From Octopus bimaculoides (taxonomy: Eukaryota): 39,815 nt of DNA. The position numbers were made by a program, and so were the translations under genes. Shown here in pieces: positions 25,209-36,279 of this stretch. Each line of letters opens with the position of its first letter. Position 1 is the first letter of the stretch. Below the pieces are notes generated by a model. It saw only the letters and a list, made by a program, of their open reading frames with translations. It had not been told where the DNA came from and did no database searches. The stretch covers positions 37,741,595-37,781,409 of the forward strand of contig NC_068997.1 of the NCBI RefSeq assembly GCF_001194135.2. The letters run 5' to 3'.

Positions 25209-25444
25209 GTCTTGGGGGAAATTTTGAACCTGGGTTCTCATTCATAAGGTATTTTTTTGATATTATTATTATTATTATTATTAATATTAAGGTCACTGCC
25301 TGGAATCGAACTCGGAATCTTGAAGTTAGTAGCCCACGCTCTTAACCACTACGCCATATGCCCGTGGGCTCCTCATGTAATAATAATAATAACATAAAAA
25401 AATACCTTAGGAATGAGAACCCAAGTTCAAAATTTCCCCAAGAC
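25209..25444. repeat. Fold-back unit: ~70-bp inverted repeats flanking a tRNA-like core
   Basis: 25209-25283 and 25378-25444 are near-perfect reverse complements (gtcttggggga..ttgaac.tgggttctcattc.taaggtattttttt..(att)n). The core is 25289-25362. Confidence 0.8.
25289..25362 (-). pseudogene. tRNA-derived head inside the fold-back
   Basis: GGGCATATGGCGTAGTGGTTAAGAGCGTGGGCTACTAACTTCAAGATTCCGAGTTCGATTCCAGGCAGTGACC: A-box TGGCGTAGTGG, B-box GAGTTCGATTCC, loop CT-ACT-AA. The acceptor stem is not closed. Confidence 0.7.
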
Positions 25445-25892
25445 ACCCGATATAGGCTGGAGGGTATATCAGACAAGATGAGGACAAATATCCGTCAAAT
25501 GTAAATAATGTAAATAATGTACATAATTCCTCATCCCTTAAATATAGAACTGTAAGACAACAAAAGACACAGCAAAAATGGCAACAACCATAACAACAAA
25601 TATTCCCCAATATCATTGTTGAGGAACAATACTACAACTATTACATTTTCTGTAATTATAATGTTCATTTAATAATAGAAAAAATTCTGGTGGTNNNNNN
25701 NNNNNNNNNNNNNNNNNNNNNNNNNNNNNNNNNNNNNNNNNNNNNNNNNNNNNNNNNNNNNNNNNNNNNNNNNNNNNNNNNNNNNNNNNNNNNNNNNNNN
25801 NNNNNNNNNNNNNNNNNNNNNNNNNNNNNNNNNNNNNNNNNNNNNNNNNNNNNNNNNNNNCAACTACTACTACTACTACTACTATAGTGAGA

Positions 25893-26292
25893 ATTTTTTC
25901 TCTTATTCTTTTATTTGTTTCAGTCATTTGATTGCGGCCATGGTGGAGCACCACCTTTAGTCGAACACATCGACCCCAGGACTTATTCTTTGAAAGTCCA
26001 GTACTTATTCTATCGACCTCTTTTGCCAAACCGATAGGTTACGGGGACGTAAACACACTAATATCGGTTGTCAAGCTATGATGGGAGAACAAACACAGAC
26101 ACACAAACACACGTGTATATACATATATTCGACGGGCTTCTTTCAGTTTCCGTCTACCAAATCAACTCACAAGGCTTTGCTTGTCCCGAGACTTTAGTAG
26201 AAGACACTTGCCCAAGGTACCACGCAGTGGGACTGAACCCGGAACCATGTGGTTGGTATGCAAGCTACTTACCACAGCCACTCCTGCGCCTA
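25893..26292 (-). mobile_element. tRNA-derived SINE, family B, near-complete copy
   Basis: Head 26292-26130 has A- and B-box-like motifs (GGGTTCAGTCCC), followed by a short internal CA/TA tract and the body/tail down to 25893. Confidence 0.8.
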
Positions 26293-26386
26293 TGTTTATA
26301 AAAATATTTTTGGGATTTCTGTATACACATACACGCACACATATATAAATCAGGTCTATATATAAAAACGTGTGTGCTTGTGTGTG

Positions 26387-26449
<63 letters not shown>

Positions 26450-26610
26450 ATATGCGCGCGTACATGCGTGTCGTGGGGAGAGAGAGAAGTCTTTATTCAA
26501 CCTGCAAATGCTTTGGAAAATATATCAGTGTCAGCCAAGTTTCTATGATTATATGTAAGGAAAAAATAATATTCAATAACCAAAAATAAAAAAAATCACA
26601 CATTACTAAC

Positions 26611-26765
26611 CATCTTTCTTGTACACAAGTTGATTTCCTGATTTTGCCTTTTCATCTGTACTCAACCAATAATCAAGGCTATCTTGCACACGAATGCCGT
26701 TGGAAAGCCATCTGAATATAGTATTTTCTGTTGAATCTCTTTGACCACCCGTCCACCACAGAGAG
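26611..26765 (-). CDS. CNTN: Contactin-like exon (CTLD core)
   Basis: ttgaag|C TCT CTG TGG TGG ACG GGT ... GAT G|gttagt; 155 nt, phase 2 to 1. Encodes SLWWTGGQRDSTENTIFRWLSNGIRVQDSLDYWLSTDEKAKSGNQLVYKKD (WTG equivalent of WIG; F.W..G). Confidence 0.9.
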
Positions 26766-27518
26766 CTTCAAGTAAACAATAGTGAAATATAGAGAAAATT
26801 AAGTTAGTTTATATTGAGTAAATGCGTTTCGCGTGCACAAAAGCATGTACACTTTTAAGGTAAGCAATATCTGGCGATTACTTCAACAGTTTTTAAGACC
26901 TATTCGGTCATTTAATGTCTTATATTGTTTATGAGAAACACTATGGCATGTAGTAAATATAAATAACTGATAAAACTATTTTGTGCTTTCAAAGAAATTA
27001 CCAAATATTTTGCCTAATATATTAAATTACCTTGTGTATCGGATGTAATATTCTGCCTAGATTCCTAAAATGTAAAATTCTGTTTCTTTTGATCATCCCA
27101 AACATAAGCTTTAATTATTAAAATTACGAGTAAAATGTTATAAGACACAGGTTCAAATTAAAGTTCATCAAAATACTATGCGAGTTGGTTTTCTATTTTT
27201 CTAATAAATAATAACAAGTATGACAATTGATATACATTTACATTAAAAACAACGAGTACCATATTCCATTTCATTTGTAATTATAAAAGGTTAATTTATA
27301 TATTTGTTACTAATACAGGCATGAAGCCTCATATTTTGTAGGAAGGAGGATACAGCCGATTAAATCGAACACCAGCAAATTACTGGTACGCTTAACGACA
27401 GCTAATTCTTTAGCTGGTAAAGTAACAAGGAAATTTCTTATTCTGTATATTAAACATGAATTACTTTTTGTTAATAAAATACATTTTCGATGCTAAAAAG
27501 TATCAATGAACAGCTTAC

Positions 27519-27604
27519 CTGCTCGTGTAATGAGTATTCAACCAATTTTTAATGAAATTATGTTCATCCGTGTCCGTAATACGAAGCAGATAGGCTCCAT
27601 TTTC
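27519..27604 (-). CDS. CNTN: Contactin-like exon (CTLD, helix 2 region)
   Basis: tttcag|GAA AAT GGA ... AGC AG|gtaagc; 86 nt, phase 0 to 2. Encodes ENGAYLLRITDTDEHNFIKNWLNTHYTS (CTLD GA.L..I....E..FI motif). Too short for the ORF track; read manually. Confidence 0.9.
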
Positions 27605-28326
27605 CTGAAATTAATACAGATCATAACATCTCTATACTAAAAATAACTAATGACATGGCAATATGTTATCTTTAGCCGTTATAACAGGAAAACGTACGAC
27701 TTATAACACTTGTATAAAATACTGATAGTTATTCGATTTCCATTAATAATTTATAGTAGTGTAAATATCTGATACACAATTTTCTAAAATGATATTATAA
27801 ATATTATTATTATTATTGGAGTAATTCGAAATTTCCAGTTGGGTGTATTGATGAAGAATGTACATGATGAAATGTTGCTAATGGCAGTATAAGGGTGTAG
27901 GTAAGATCGCCAAAATAACCGGGAAATAAGAAAGTCAATGATTTACTCGTTATTCCGCATTATGTCTTTTTCTAAAATAAATAATCTTCCTAATTTCAAA
28001 AATGTTGCATATATTGAAAGTAATCAAAACTGTATAGTATTTGGGGAGTGATAAATATAATACCCTTATTTTTCTATTATTTTGGCATTTTTATTTATAT
28101 CTTCATACCTATGATAAGGCTTACCAATGAAAAAAGTTTCATCAAAATTTATAGACATAAAAATATTAGCTGAGCATTATGAGTAAAAAAAGATAGCAGA
28201 ATACCAAGATTAAACAGAATGTCTCCAGCTAGTAAATAGAGCTGCTGTCTGTTAATTAAGAAATTAAATCATATAAAGAGGAAAAACTTCCAGAACTTGA
28301 AAGGGTTGCAGGTAACTCACAAAATA

Positions 28327-29045
28327 TGTATGCATGTCATTATTCAGTTTTATTTCAAGATTTCTTTTCCAAAGAGAAAGAGCCGGGTTATTACATCTTT
28401 CATTGGAATTTCAACAACAGGGTATGTATGTATGTATGTATGTATGTATGTATGTATGTATGTATGTATGTATGTATTTATTTATTTATGTATGTACGTA
28501 CGTATGCTCGTACGTATGCATATATGTATGTATGTATGTATACGTGCAGATTTGTATGTTTTGTTTCATGTGTGTATTCTCATGCTATTGTTGCATGCCT
28601 AGACATGCTCATACATACTTAAATGGTAAACTTCTGGAATTTTTACAAATTTCAACAGTTCCAGTGATGGCTTGGATCTGTAGTCCAGCTTTTTCCTTTC
28701 TGATTTTGAGAAGCCTAACTTCTCAAGACTGGTATTTAGGCAATGTGTTGCACATCTCAGTGCCCCAATAATTACAGGTAAAAACTTGAACTTGTAACCT
28801 GGATAGAGTAGCTAGAGATTCCTCAACAGTTCAGCGTAGGTAATTTCTTTTTTGTTGATTTTTAGCTTTATGTTAATATCTTCTGAACAGCTGATTTCCA
28901 CAATTGTATACAGTTTCTCTTCTCCGTCCCAAGTTACTATATCAGGCCTATTGCGGAGACATTTATTGAAGTTTTTACTGGGATATTCCACCAGCATTCC
29001 TTTTTATTATGAGTGGCTGTGACTTCCACCATTCTGTGGGTTCTT
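28327..29045 (-). mobile_element. 5'-truncated R4/Dong-type RLE LINE (copy A) with 3' UTR
   Basis: NRPDIVTWDGEEKLYTIVEISC.EDINIKLKI..KE..YAELLRNL. Collinear with 29046-29786, including the internal (TATG)n and the UTR. Confidence 0.85.
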
Positions 29046-30766
29046 ATGCATGTCGTTATTCAGCTGATTTCAAGATTTCTTGCCAACCTAGATCCAAGGT
29101 TCCTTCATTGGAATTTCAACATCAACAACAGGGTGTTCGTGTTTGTTTGTTTGTATGTATGTATGTATGTATGTATGTATGTATGTATGTATGTATGTAT
29201 GCTTGGATGTATGTATGTATGTATGTATTTATGTATGTATGTATGTATGTATGTATGTATGTATGTATATGTGCAGGTTCGTATGTTTTGCTTTATGTAT
29301 GTATTCTCATGCATATAGTTGTATATCTAGACATGGTCATATATATATTTAAATGATGTACTTCTGGAAGGTTTTACAGATTTTTACTGTTCCAGTGATG
29401 GATTGGATCTGTAGTCTTCGAATTAGCTTTCTCCTTTCTGGTTTTGGGAAGCCTAATTTCTCAAGATTGGTATTTAGGCAGTGTGTTACATATCCCAGGG
29501 CTCCAATAATTACAGGTTTAAACCTGAACTTGTAATATGGATAGAGTGACTGCAGATTTCTCAATAGTTCAGTATAGGTACTCTCTTTTTCACTGATCTT
29601 CAGCTTTATGTTAACATCCGCTGGGAAGCTAATTTCCACAACTGTGCACAGTTTCTCTTCTCTACCCCAAATCATCATATCAGGTCTGTTGTGCTTACAT
29701 TTTATTGAGGTCTTCACTGGTACATTCCACCAGTGTTCCTTTCTATTATGAGTGGCTATGTCTTCTACCATATTGTGGATTCCTATATCTTTATCTTCGG
29801 GATTATCCTTCCGACGGATTTCATTATAGAGTGTCCTAGCTACAACGTCATGTCTCATCGGTAGATAATACCGTGATGACATTTTCGGACAACTGCTTAT
29901 GGTGTGCGTGATATCTTCAGTGTGAACTCCACAAAGTCTGCATCGGTTGTAACACTTTACGGCTTTACCTGTATCTCTATTCCTTTTGGGAATCAGATAC
30001 TTGGTTGATATTTTCTGTTTCTGGATTGCAAATGCACATCCTTCAAAGTGGGAGGTAGTAATCCGACTATTGGTCCATGCTAAACTGCTTTGCTGATCGA
30101 TGTTGCTATCATCTCGGAGCTTTCTACTAACATACCCATGAATAGTCTTCTGCTCATACAGGCTCATCCTTTCATCTGATGATACGTTGCAGTAGATCCG
30201 TGAAACTTCTTTGGGCATGTATTCTAGGTTATCAGACAAAGAGTGTTGCTCAAGGAGCTGCCTTCCAAGTCTTACAGTTACAAGAGTTTCACCATCTCGT
30301 GAAATGGGTTTCCGTGATGTTTACTGCTCCTCCTCTCATGTCTCTGTATACTGCTGCCTGGTTGCGGTTACATTTTTTGTATATTGTTTTTCTCTCAGTT
30401 ATTCTCTTCTGATGTCGGAGTTTTTCCACTGACAGCTTTTAGCTCCTGTTTCAGGATAATCAGTTTACAAGTGAGTATCCTCTTTTGCTGTCTCCAAACA
30501 TCATTCCTATCTCCTTTACTTTCTGTTGTTGGGACGTATAGTGATTTGCTTGTTTGCATGCAATAAGCATCATTGATTACGGAAGACTATCAGCCTTCCG
30601 TAAACCAGTTATCTTTTTCTCTGTTTTCAAAACCCGTGATGGTACCTTCTTTGTTATTTCGGTTTTGTTTACTTTTTGAATATCATACGTGTACTGTTTT
30701 ACAGTAGTACCCAGAGCATATAGATAAGCGCTCAGTAAGGGCACATTTCACCGGCATATAATCCTG

Positions 30767-30804
<38 letters not shown>

Positions 30805-31525
30805 AATCGTTGCAGTTGTGCCTGCTATTTATCATAGTCGTAGTAGGGAGACAGTGGTCAGTTACTTGAGCCAGTAATGTAGTTTGGCTGACAGGCACTC
30901 TAGAATCTGTTGGAATGTCGCTAGCTGCGAAACAACGTGTTGGTCTTATATCATTCACGTTTTCGTTTTTGTTTATAGAGTTGGGAAAAAGGTTAATTTC
31001 CGATTTCTTAATTAGTTACTAACCTTCTATCTATGTTTTACAAATGTTGCTTGTTGGCGTAGTTGCTTCGCAGTAAAATGATTTAATTCTGGATGCAGAT
31101 CATCCCAATACGATTTCAATCGCTTCATATAGCCAACAGCGGGGTTTTGTTTCGTTTTTTCGTAGCAGTTAAATAGATCATTATTTAATTCATAACTCCA
31201 TGAGAAATGAATTTTGTAGTTACGGTTTCTTCTATAACTACAGCTAGAAAGAATTTGTTTACCTGTTGAGCTGTTGTTTTCGTTCTGTTCCTCGATTGTG
31301 TTGTTGTTGTTGATGTTGTGTCCAGCCATGTTGTTTACAGTAACTCTCTGCATGGTAAATTCAAGTTTCACTCGAAAATCACTACGATTGTGAATAAAAA
31401 AAGGCTCCCTCAATTCATCTGAAGATCAACCAGTTACTTAACAAGGCCGATAGTTGTGGCTGCAAAGTTGGAGATAGTATTCATCGTATTTTTGATAATC
31501 TCCCACGCCAAATACGCGAATTGTC
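29046..31525 (-). mobile_element. R4/Dong-type RLE LINE (copy B), both ends present, RT core apparently deleted
   Basis: N-terminal ORF 31027..31413 (WSYELN..LF.CY...GYMKRLK.YWD..HPE...KQLRQQ). C-terminal ORF 29349..30239 (CRLCG...DITH.ISSC..MS.RYY..RHD, WWN, HNRPD..IW..E...VEIS.P, PVIIGALG). No YxDD motif found between them. Confidence 0.85.
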
Positions 31526-31527
31526 GC

Positions 31528-31670
31528 TTCGAAAGTGTGTATGTATGTATGTATGTATGTATGTATGTATGTATGTATGTATGTATGTATGTATCTATGT
31601 ATGTATTATGCATGTATGTATGTACACACACACATACATACATACATACATACATACATACATACATACG
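31528..31670. repeat. (TATG)n followed by (CATA)n at the 5' flank of RLE LINE copy B
   Basis: Read directly; the two tracts are reverse complements of each other. Confidence 0.9.
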
Positions 31671-31717
31671 TGTATATATATGTGCATGTATGTATATCTA
31701 ATATCTATAAAATTGAA

Positions 31718-31756
<39 letters not shown>

Positions 31757-32006
31757 ATGTGTGCGGGTGTTTGTGTGTGCGTACAAAAATTTAATGTACC
31801 TCAATAACTTCTACATCTTTCATCTTATTTCTTTAAGATTTTATACACAGCGGTTTCATATTCCAGACCCGAATATAGGCAACTTAGACTTTTTTAAATC
31901 GATACAGGGGCTTCTAGAGCGGTGGGAAATCAAACATTAGATGATTCTTTTTCATTTGCAGTAATCAGCTGTTTTATAATCTGTAGGGTCTTCCATACTT
32001 TTTTAA

Positions 32007-32332
32007 TCTTTTTATAAAAGTGAAAGGATTTTGTCTATTTATTTCCACTGTCCACCAGCGACTGTGATTAAATTGACTAGGAACACTGAACGCACACATT
32101 TCCATAATTCTCAACCGATTTTTACCAAACTTTACACACACATTACTTATGTTCCAAGGATGCTCATGCACTACACATTTTGCCCAAAGCTCCTGCGTAA
32201 ATGGGCCTAAAGGGACATAGGTTTTTCGTATGTAGTGTATAATTTTTCAGTCTTTTTATAAAAGTGAAAGGATTTTGTCTATTAATTTCGACTGTCCACC
32301 TGCGATGGTGATTAAATTGACTAGGAACACTG
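32007..32332. repeat. Two 82-bp direct repeats 244 bp apart (32007-32088 and 32251-32332)
   Basis: tctttttataaaagtgaaaggattttgtctatt.attt..actgtccacc.gcga..gtgattaaattgactaggaacactg occurs twice. Confidence 0.8.
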
Positions 32333-32619
32333 TACGCGATGAATATCCAATACCAAACAATCTTAATCTCCATACTTAAACTGCATTAAACTTTGGTAAG
32401 CTTACCTTTACCTATTCTGAGTTACTTGAAAGGCGATGTTCTCTTTCCTCTCTTCTATTTGTTGATACCTTTGTTTACCTACCAATGCTTTGTTTCACTA
32501 TAAGGATGCTTATTTACCCATCCACTATGATATTTCGACTGTTGTCCATTGTTTCAAATACGTTTTAGCATTGCCGTTCTAGCCTTTTTTTAAACAATCA
32601 GATATGATTCATCCCCACG

Positions 32620-33025
32620 AATCAACCTTTAAATAAGGTTGTAGAGTATGTGCTCTAGCAGCAAAATTACCGACGATAAAAAGTGAAGCTTGGCCAAAAG
32701 TAAATGTTCCCTGGTCGAGATTACACCTTGATTTCGATGATTCCTTAAACGGTTCATACTACTTAATGATAGTAGATTTCTAGTAGTTTCTCTAAATGTT
32801 CTCAACTACGACAAACTTTCTACATGAGTTATTTGCGAGATTTGGCGTCCCAGACACGGTAGTGTCTGACAATAGAACACAATTTATGTTTTTGCGTTTA
32901 AAAAGTTTTGTAAAATGTTCGCTGAAAAACATGTAACTACTGCGCCATACCATCCCAGATCTAACGGACAAGCAGAACGCTTTGTCAATACGTACGAGAG
33001 AGCCCTAAGAAAGTCTAAGAAAGTT
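32620..33025 (+). mobile_element. Gypsy/Ty3 LTR-retrotransposon integrase fragment
   Basis: PWSRLHLDF...NGSYYLMIVD, LHELFARFGVPDTVVSDN.TQF, HVTTAPYHPRSNGQAERFV.TY.RALRK (D,D,E core). No LTRs seen. Confidence 0.85.
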
Positions 33026-33059
33026 TATTAGCAGCACAAGATCAAGCACCGATACACAA

Positions 33060-33705
33060 AAATCAGGAAGATCTGCAATGTAGGTTATGTAAATCAAAAA
33101 CGTAGTGTTACTCATAATAAGTGAATGTAACATGCTGGCACAGAAAGAATACAAGGAAAGACATGACAACCTAGGGAGAGGAATCCACTGGAAGTTATGT
33201 AGAAAGCTAGGATTTGACCATACTGATAAATGGTATGAACATGAACCTAGTAAAGTACTAGAAAGTAAAAAAATTAAGATGATGTAGGACTTTAAGATGG
33301 ACAGAGTAATAGAAGTTAGAAGGCCTGATTTAGTATTAGTAGACAAAAAGAATAGAAAGTGTCAGGTAGTTGAATTTACAGTTCCAAATGATGAGAAAGT
33401 TAATATGAGAGGTATAGAGAAAATAGCAATGTACCAGGACCTAGCCATTGAGTTACAGAGACTTTGGAAAGCGCAGGTAAAATGCATGCCAGTAGTTATA
33501 TGTGTATTGGAAACTATCTCTAAAGATTTGAACAAATGGATAGAGAAAATTGGTATAAAACCTAGTTTAGTACAGCACCAGAAAACAATATTATTAGGGA
33601 GAGTTAAATACTTAGAAGGGTTCTGGGTATCTAACGTTACTTATTGTAGCCCATTGTTAGGAACTTTTTTCTTCTTCAAACAATTTAATCTGTTCAGCAT
33701 ATATG
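33060..33705 (+). mobile_element. R4/Dong-type RLE LINE, 3' end with (TAA)n tail
   Basis: IISEC.MLAQKEYKERHDN...IHW.LC, WYEHEP.KVLE, RRPDLVLVDK...VVEF.VP.D, YQDLAIE..RLW, KTILLG; short UTR, then taataataat. Confidence 0.85.
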
Positions 33706-33726
33706 AAATAATAATAATGATAATGA

Positions 33727-33941
33727 TTTTCAGATTTTGCCAGAAGAGCAGCAATTTTGGGGGAGGTGATGAGTCGATCACATCGACCCCAGTGTTCAGC
33801 GGGTACTTATTTTCATCGACCCCGGAAGGATAAAAAGCAAAGTCGACCTTGGCAGAATTTGAATTCAGAATGTAGCGACGGGCGAAATACCGCTAAGCAG
33901 TTTGCCCGGCGTGCTAACGATTCTGCCATCTCACTGCCTTC
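33727..33941 (-). mobile_element. tRNA-derived SINE, family A
   Basis: The minus strand starts AGGCAGTGAGATGGCAGAATCGTTAGCACGCCGGGC (A-box-like) and has GAATTCAAATTC (B-box-like), then the shared body. Confidence 0.85.
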
Positions 33942-33942
33942 A

Positions 33943-33987
<45 letters not shown>

Positions 33988-34028
33988 GTGATGATGATGA
34001 TGATAATAATAATAATAATAATAATAAT

Positions 34029-34243
34029 CTTTTCTACTTTAGGCACAAGGCCCGAAATTTTGTGGGAGAGGGCCAGTCGATTAGATCGATCCTCAGTACG
34101 CAACTGGTACTTATTTAATCGACCCCGAAAGGATGAAAGGCAAAGTTGGCCTTAGCGGAATTTGAACTCAGAACGTAAAGACAGACGAAAAACCGCTAAG
34201 CATTTCGCCCGGCGTGCTAACGTTTCTGCTAGCTCACCGCATT
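34029..34243 (-). mobile_element. tRNA-derived SINE, family A (tandem neighbour of the previous copy)
   Basis: Same family; B-box-like GAGTTCAAATTCC on the minus strand; separated from the previous copy by (TAA)n. Confidence 0.85.
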
Positions 34244-34246
34244 AAT

Positions 34247-34795
34247 GCCCTGACGCAGTATTAGGCAGTGGCTCTCATGGCTTCTCATCTTAACTGATTG
34301 GAAGTGTTATCATATACGTTGTTTTGTCTTGGTACAAAAATGGGCTACAGCAAATATTCAGCTCAATACCATAGATTTGCTTGTCAGTTGTTTGACCTCA
34401 ACCAGTTGAGCATGTCCCTTAGTGGCTGACGATATGTGCGTCTCTGATCACGAGAAGAAGTAGTGGAGGAGCATCATAGCCATGTGTTGAGACAAATTCT
34501 TTGGGTGTTTGGATAATTCATATCTTGAAACATGGGTGTTTCGTTCAACATCCTTAAACAATATTCAGAGACCTTTAGAGCGCGATGGGCTACTCGATCT
34601 AAAGAAAATCTAACTGGCTTCCACCTGTAAGGTCATGCGTTGTTTGTCTTGTTATGAGATCACCATGTCGCGCACATATGGTTGCGATGCATGTGTTTGA
34701 TGTACACTTATCAGACGGGTAGTCATGATGGGTATATTGGGCTTCGTATATTTTACCCCAGTGTCACTTTGATGGCATGCACTGCTCTCTCACTC
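34247..34795 (+). repeat. Interspersed ~545-bp repeat ending in (AAT)n, copy 2
   Basis: Second copy of 5587-6133, followed directly by a long (TAA)n array. Confidence 0.85.
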
Positions 34796-34889
<94 letters not shown>

Positions 34890-35491
34890 NNNNNNNNNNN
34901 NNNNNNNNNNNNNNNNNNNNNNNNNNNNNNNNNNNNNNNNNNNNNNNNNNNNNNNNNNNNNNNNNNNNNNNNNNNNNNNNNNNNNNNNNNNNNNNNNNNN
35001 NNNNNNNNNNNNNNNNNNNNNNNNNNNNNNNNNNNNNNNNNNNNNNNNNNNNNNNNNNNNNNNNNNNNNNNNNNNNNNNNNNNNNNNNNNNNNNNNNNNN
35101 NNNNNNNNNNNNNNNNNNNNNNNNNNNNNNNNNNNNNNNNNNNNNNNNNNNNNNNNNNNNNNNNNNNNNNNNNNNNNNNNNNNNNNNNNNNNNNNNNNNN
35201 NNNNNNNNNNNNNNNNNNNNNNNNNNNNNNNNNNNNNNNNNNNNNNNNNNNNNNNNNNNNNNNNNNNNNNNNNNNNNNNNNNNNNNNNNNNNNNNNNNNN
35301 NNNNNNNNNNNNNNNNNNNNNNNNNNNNNNNNNNNNNNNNNNNNNNNNNNNNNNNNNNNNNNNNNNNNNNNNNNNNNNNNNNNNNNNNNNNNNNNNNNNN
35401 NNNNNNNNNNNNNNNNNNNNNNNNNNNNNNNNNNNNNNNNNNNNNNNNNNNNNNNNNNNNNNNNNNNNNNNNNNNNNNNNNNNNNNNNNNN

Positions 35492-35574
<83 letters not shown>

Positions 35575-36279
35575 ACCCACACTGGACCACTGAATTCTAG
35601 CTCCGTGTACCAGGACTGACAATCTCTCTCTCCCCCTCTCCTGAAGCCTACCTCAAAAAGGTATCTTTTTCATATCCCTCCCATGTCATTTCTATCATTA
35701 TTGCTATCCTGCTTCTGCTCCCTTCATGCATCTCTCTCTACCTCCCCAACTTAAGCACCATTGGCCATCGCCACCATTCCTTACACCTACTCTTCAATAC
35801 CATCCAATTGTTTCCATTTCCCAACCCAATCATTATCCCTCCAATTTGCACCCCATACCGTCTTACAAACCTCATCCACCGACACTCTTAGTTTCTCTGT
35901 TTACACTCAGTTCTGCTGACCTTGTATTTTGAAGGGCCACCTGGACACCACATCAATATTTATTTCTTTGCAACAGCTACCCTTCCACTCGAGTTTCATA
36001 GGCTTGTGACCTCACTAATGCCGGTAGAACGAGAAAATCAAGCACTAGACAATGTAAAGTGGCTGGCGTTAGGAAGGGTAAAAACCTTTCAGAGAGAAAT
36101 TCCTTCCAGACTATTTCTGGATGAGGCTGGCCCCTTTGCTCATAACCGCCAAGTTGTTGTCCGCCTGAGGATCGGAGAAAAAGTTTTACAGTTCCTTTGC
36201 CCTGTGATTCACGACGCTATTCGATGGCACACACTTACCACTCCAGGTCTCAAGCGGCAAGTCCACTGACAGAAACCAT

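Noticed and set aside
30176-30206. CTGATGA...GAAAC hammerhead-like spacing on the + strand
   Set aside because: It is antisense to a LINE ORF, stem II is only 3 bp and mis-registered, and stems I and III are absent; likely chance.
35922-36269. 115-aa + strand ORF
   Set aside because: No domain motif or splice context. It contains a SINE/LINE-tail-like stretch (gtaaagtggctggcgttaggaaggg), so it is probably repeat-derived.
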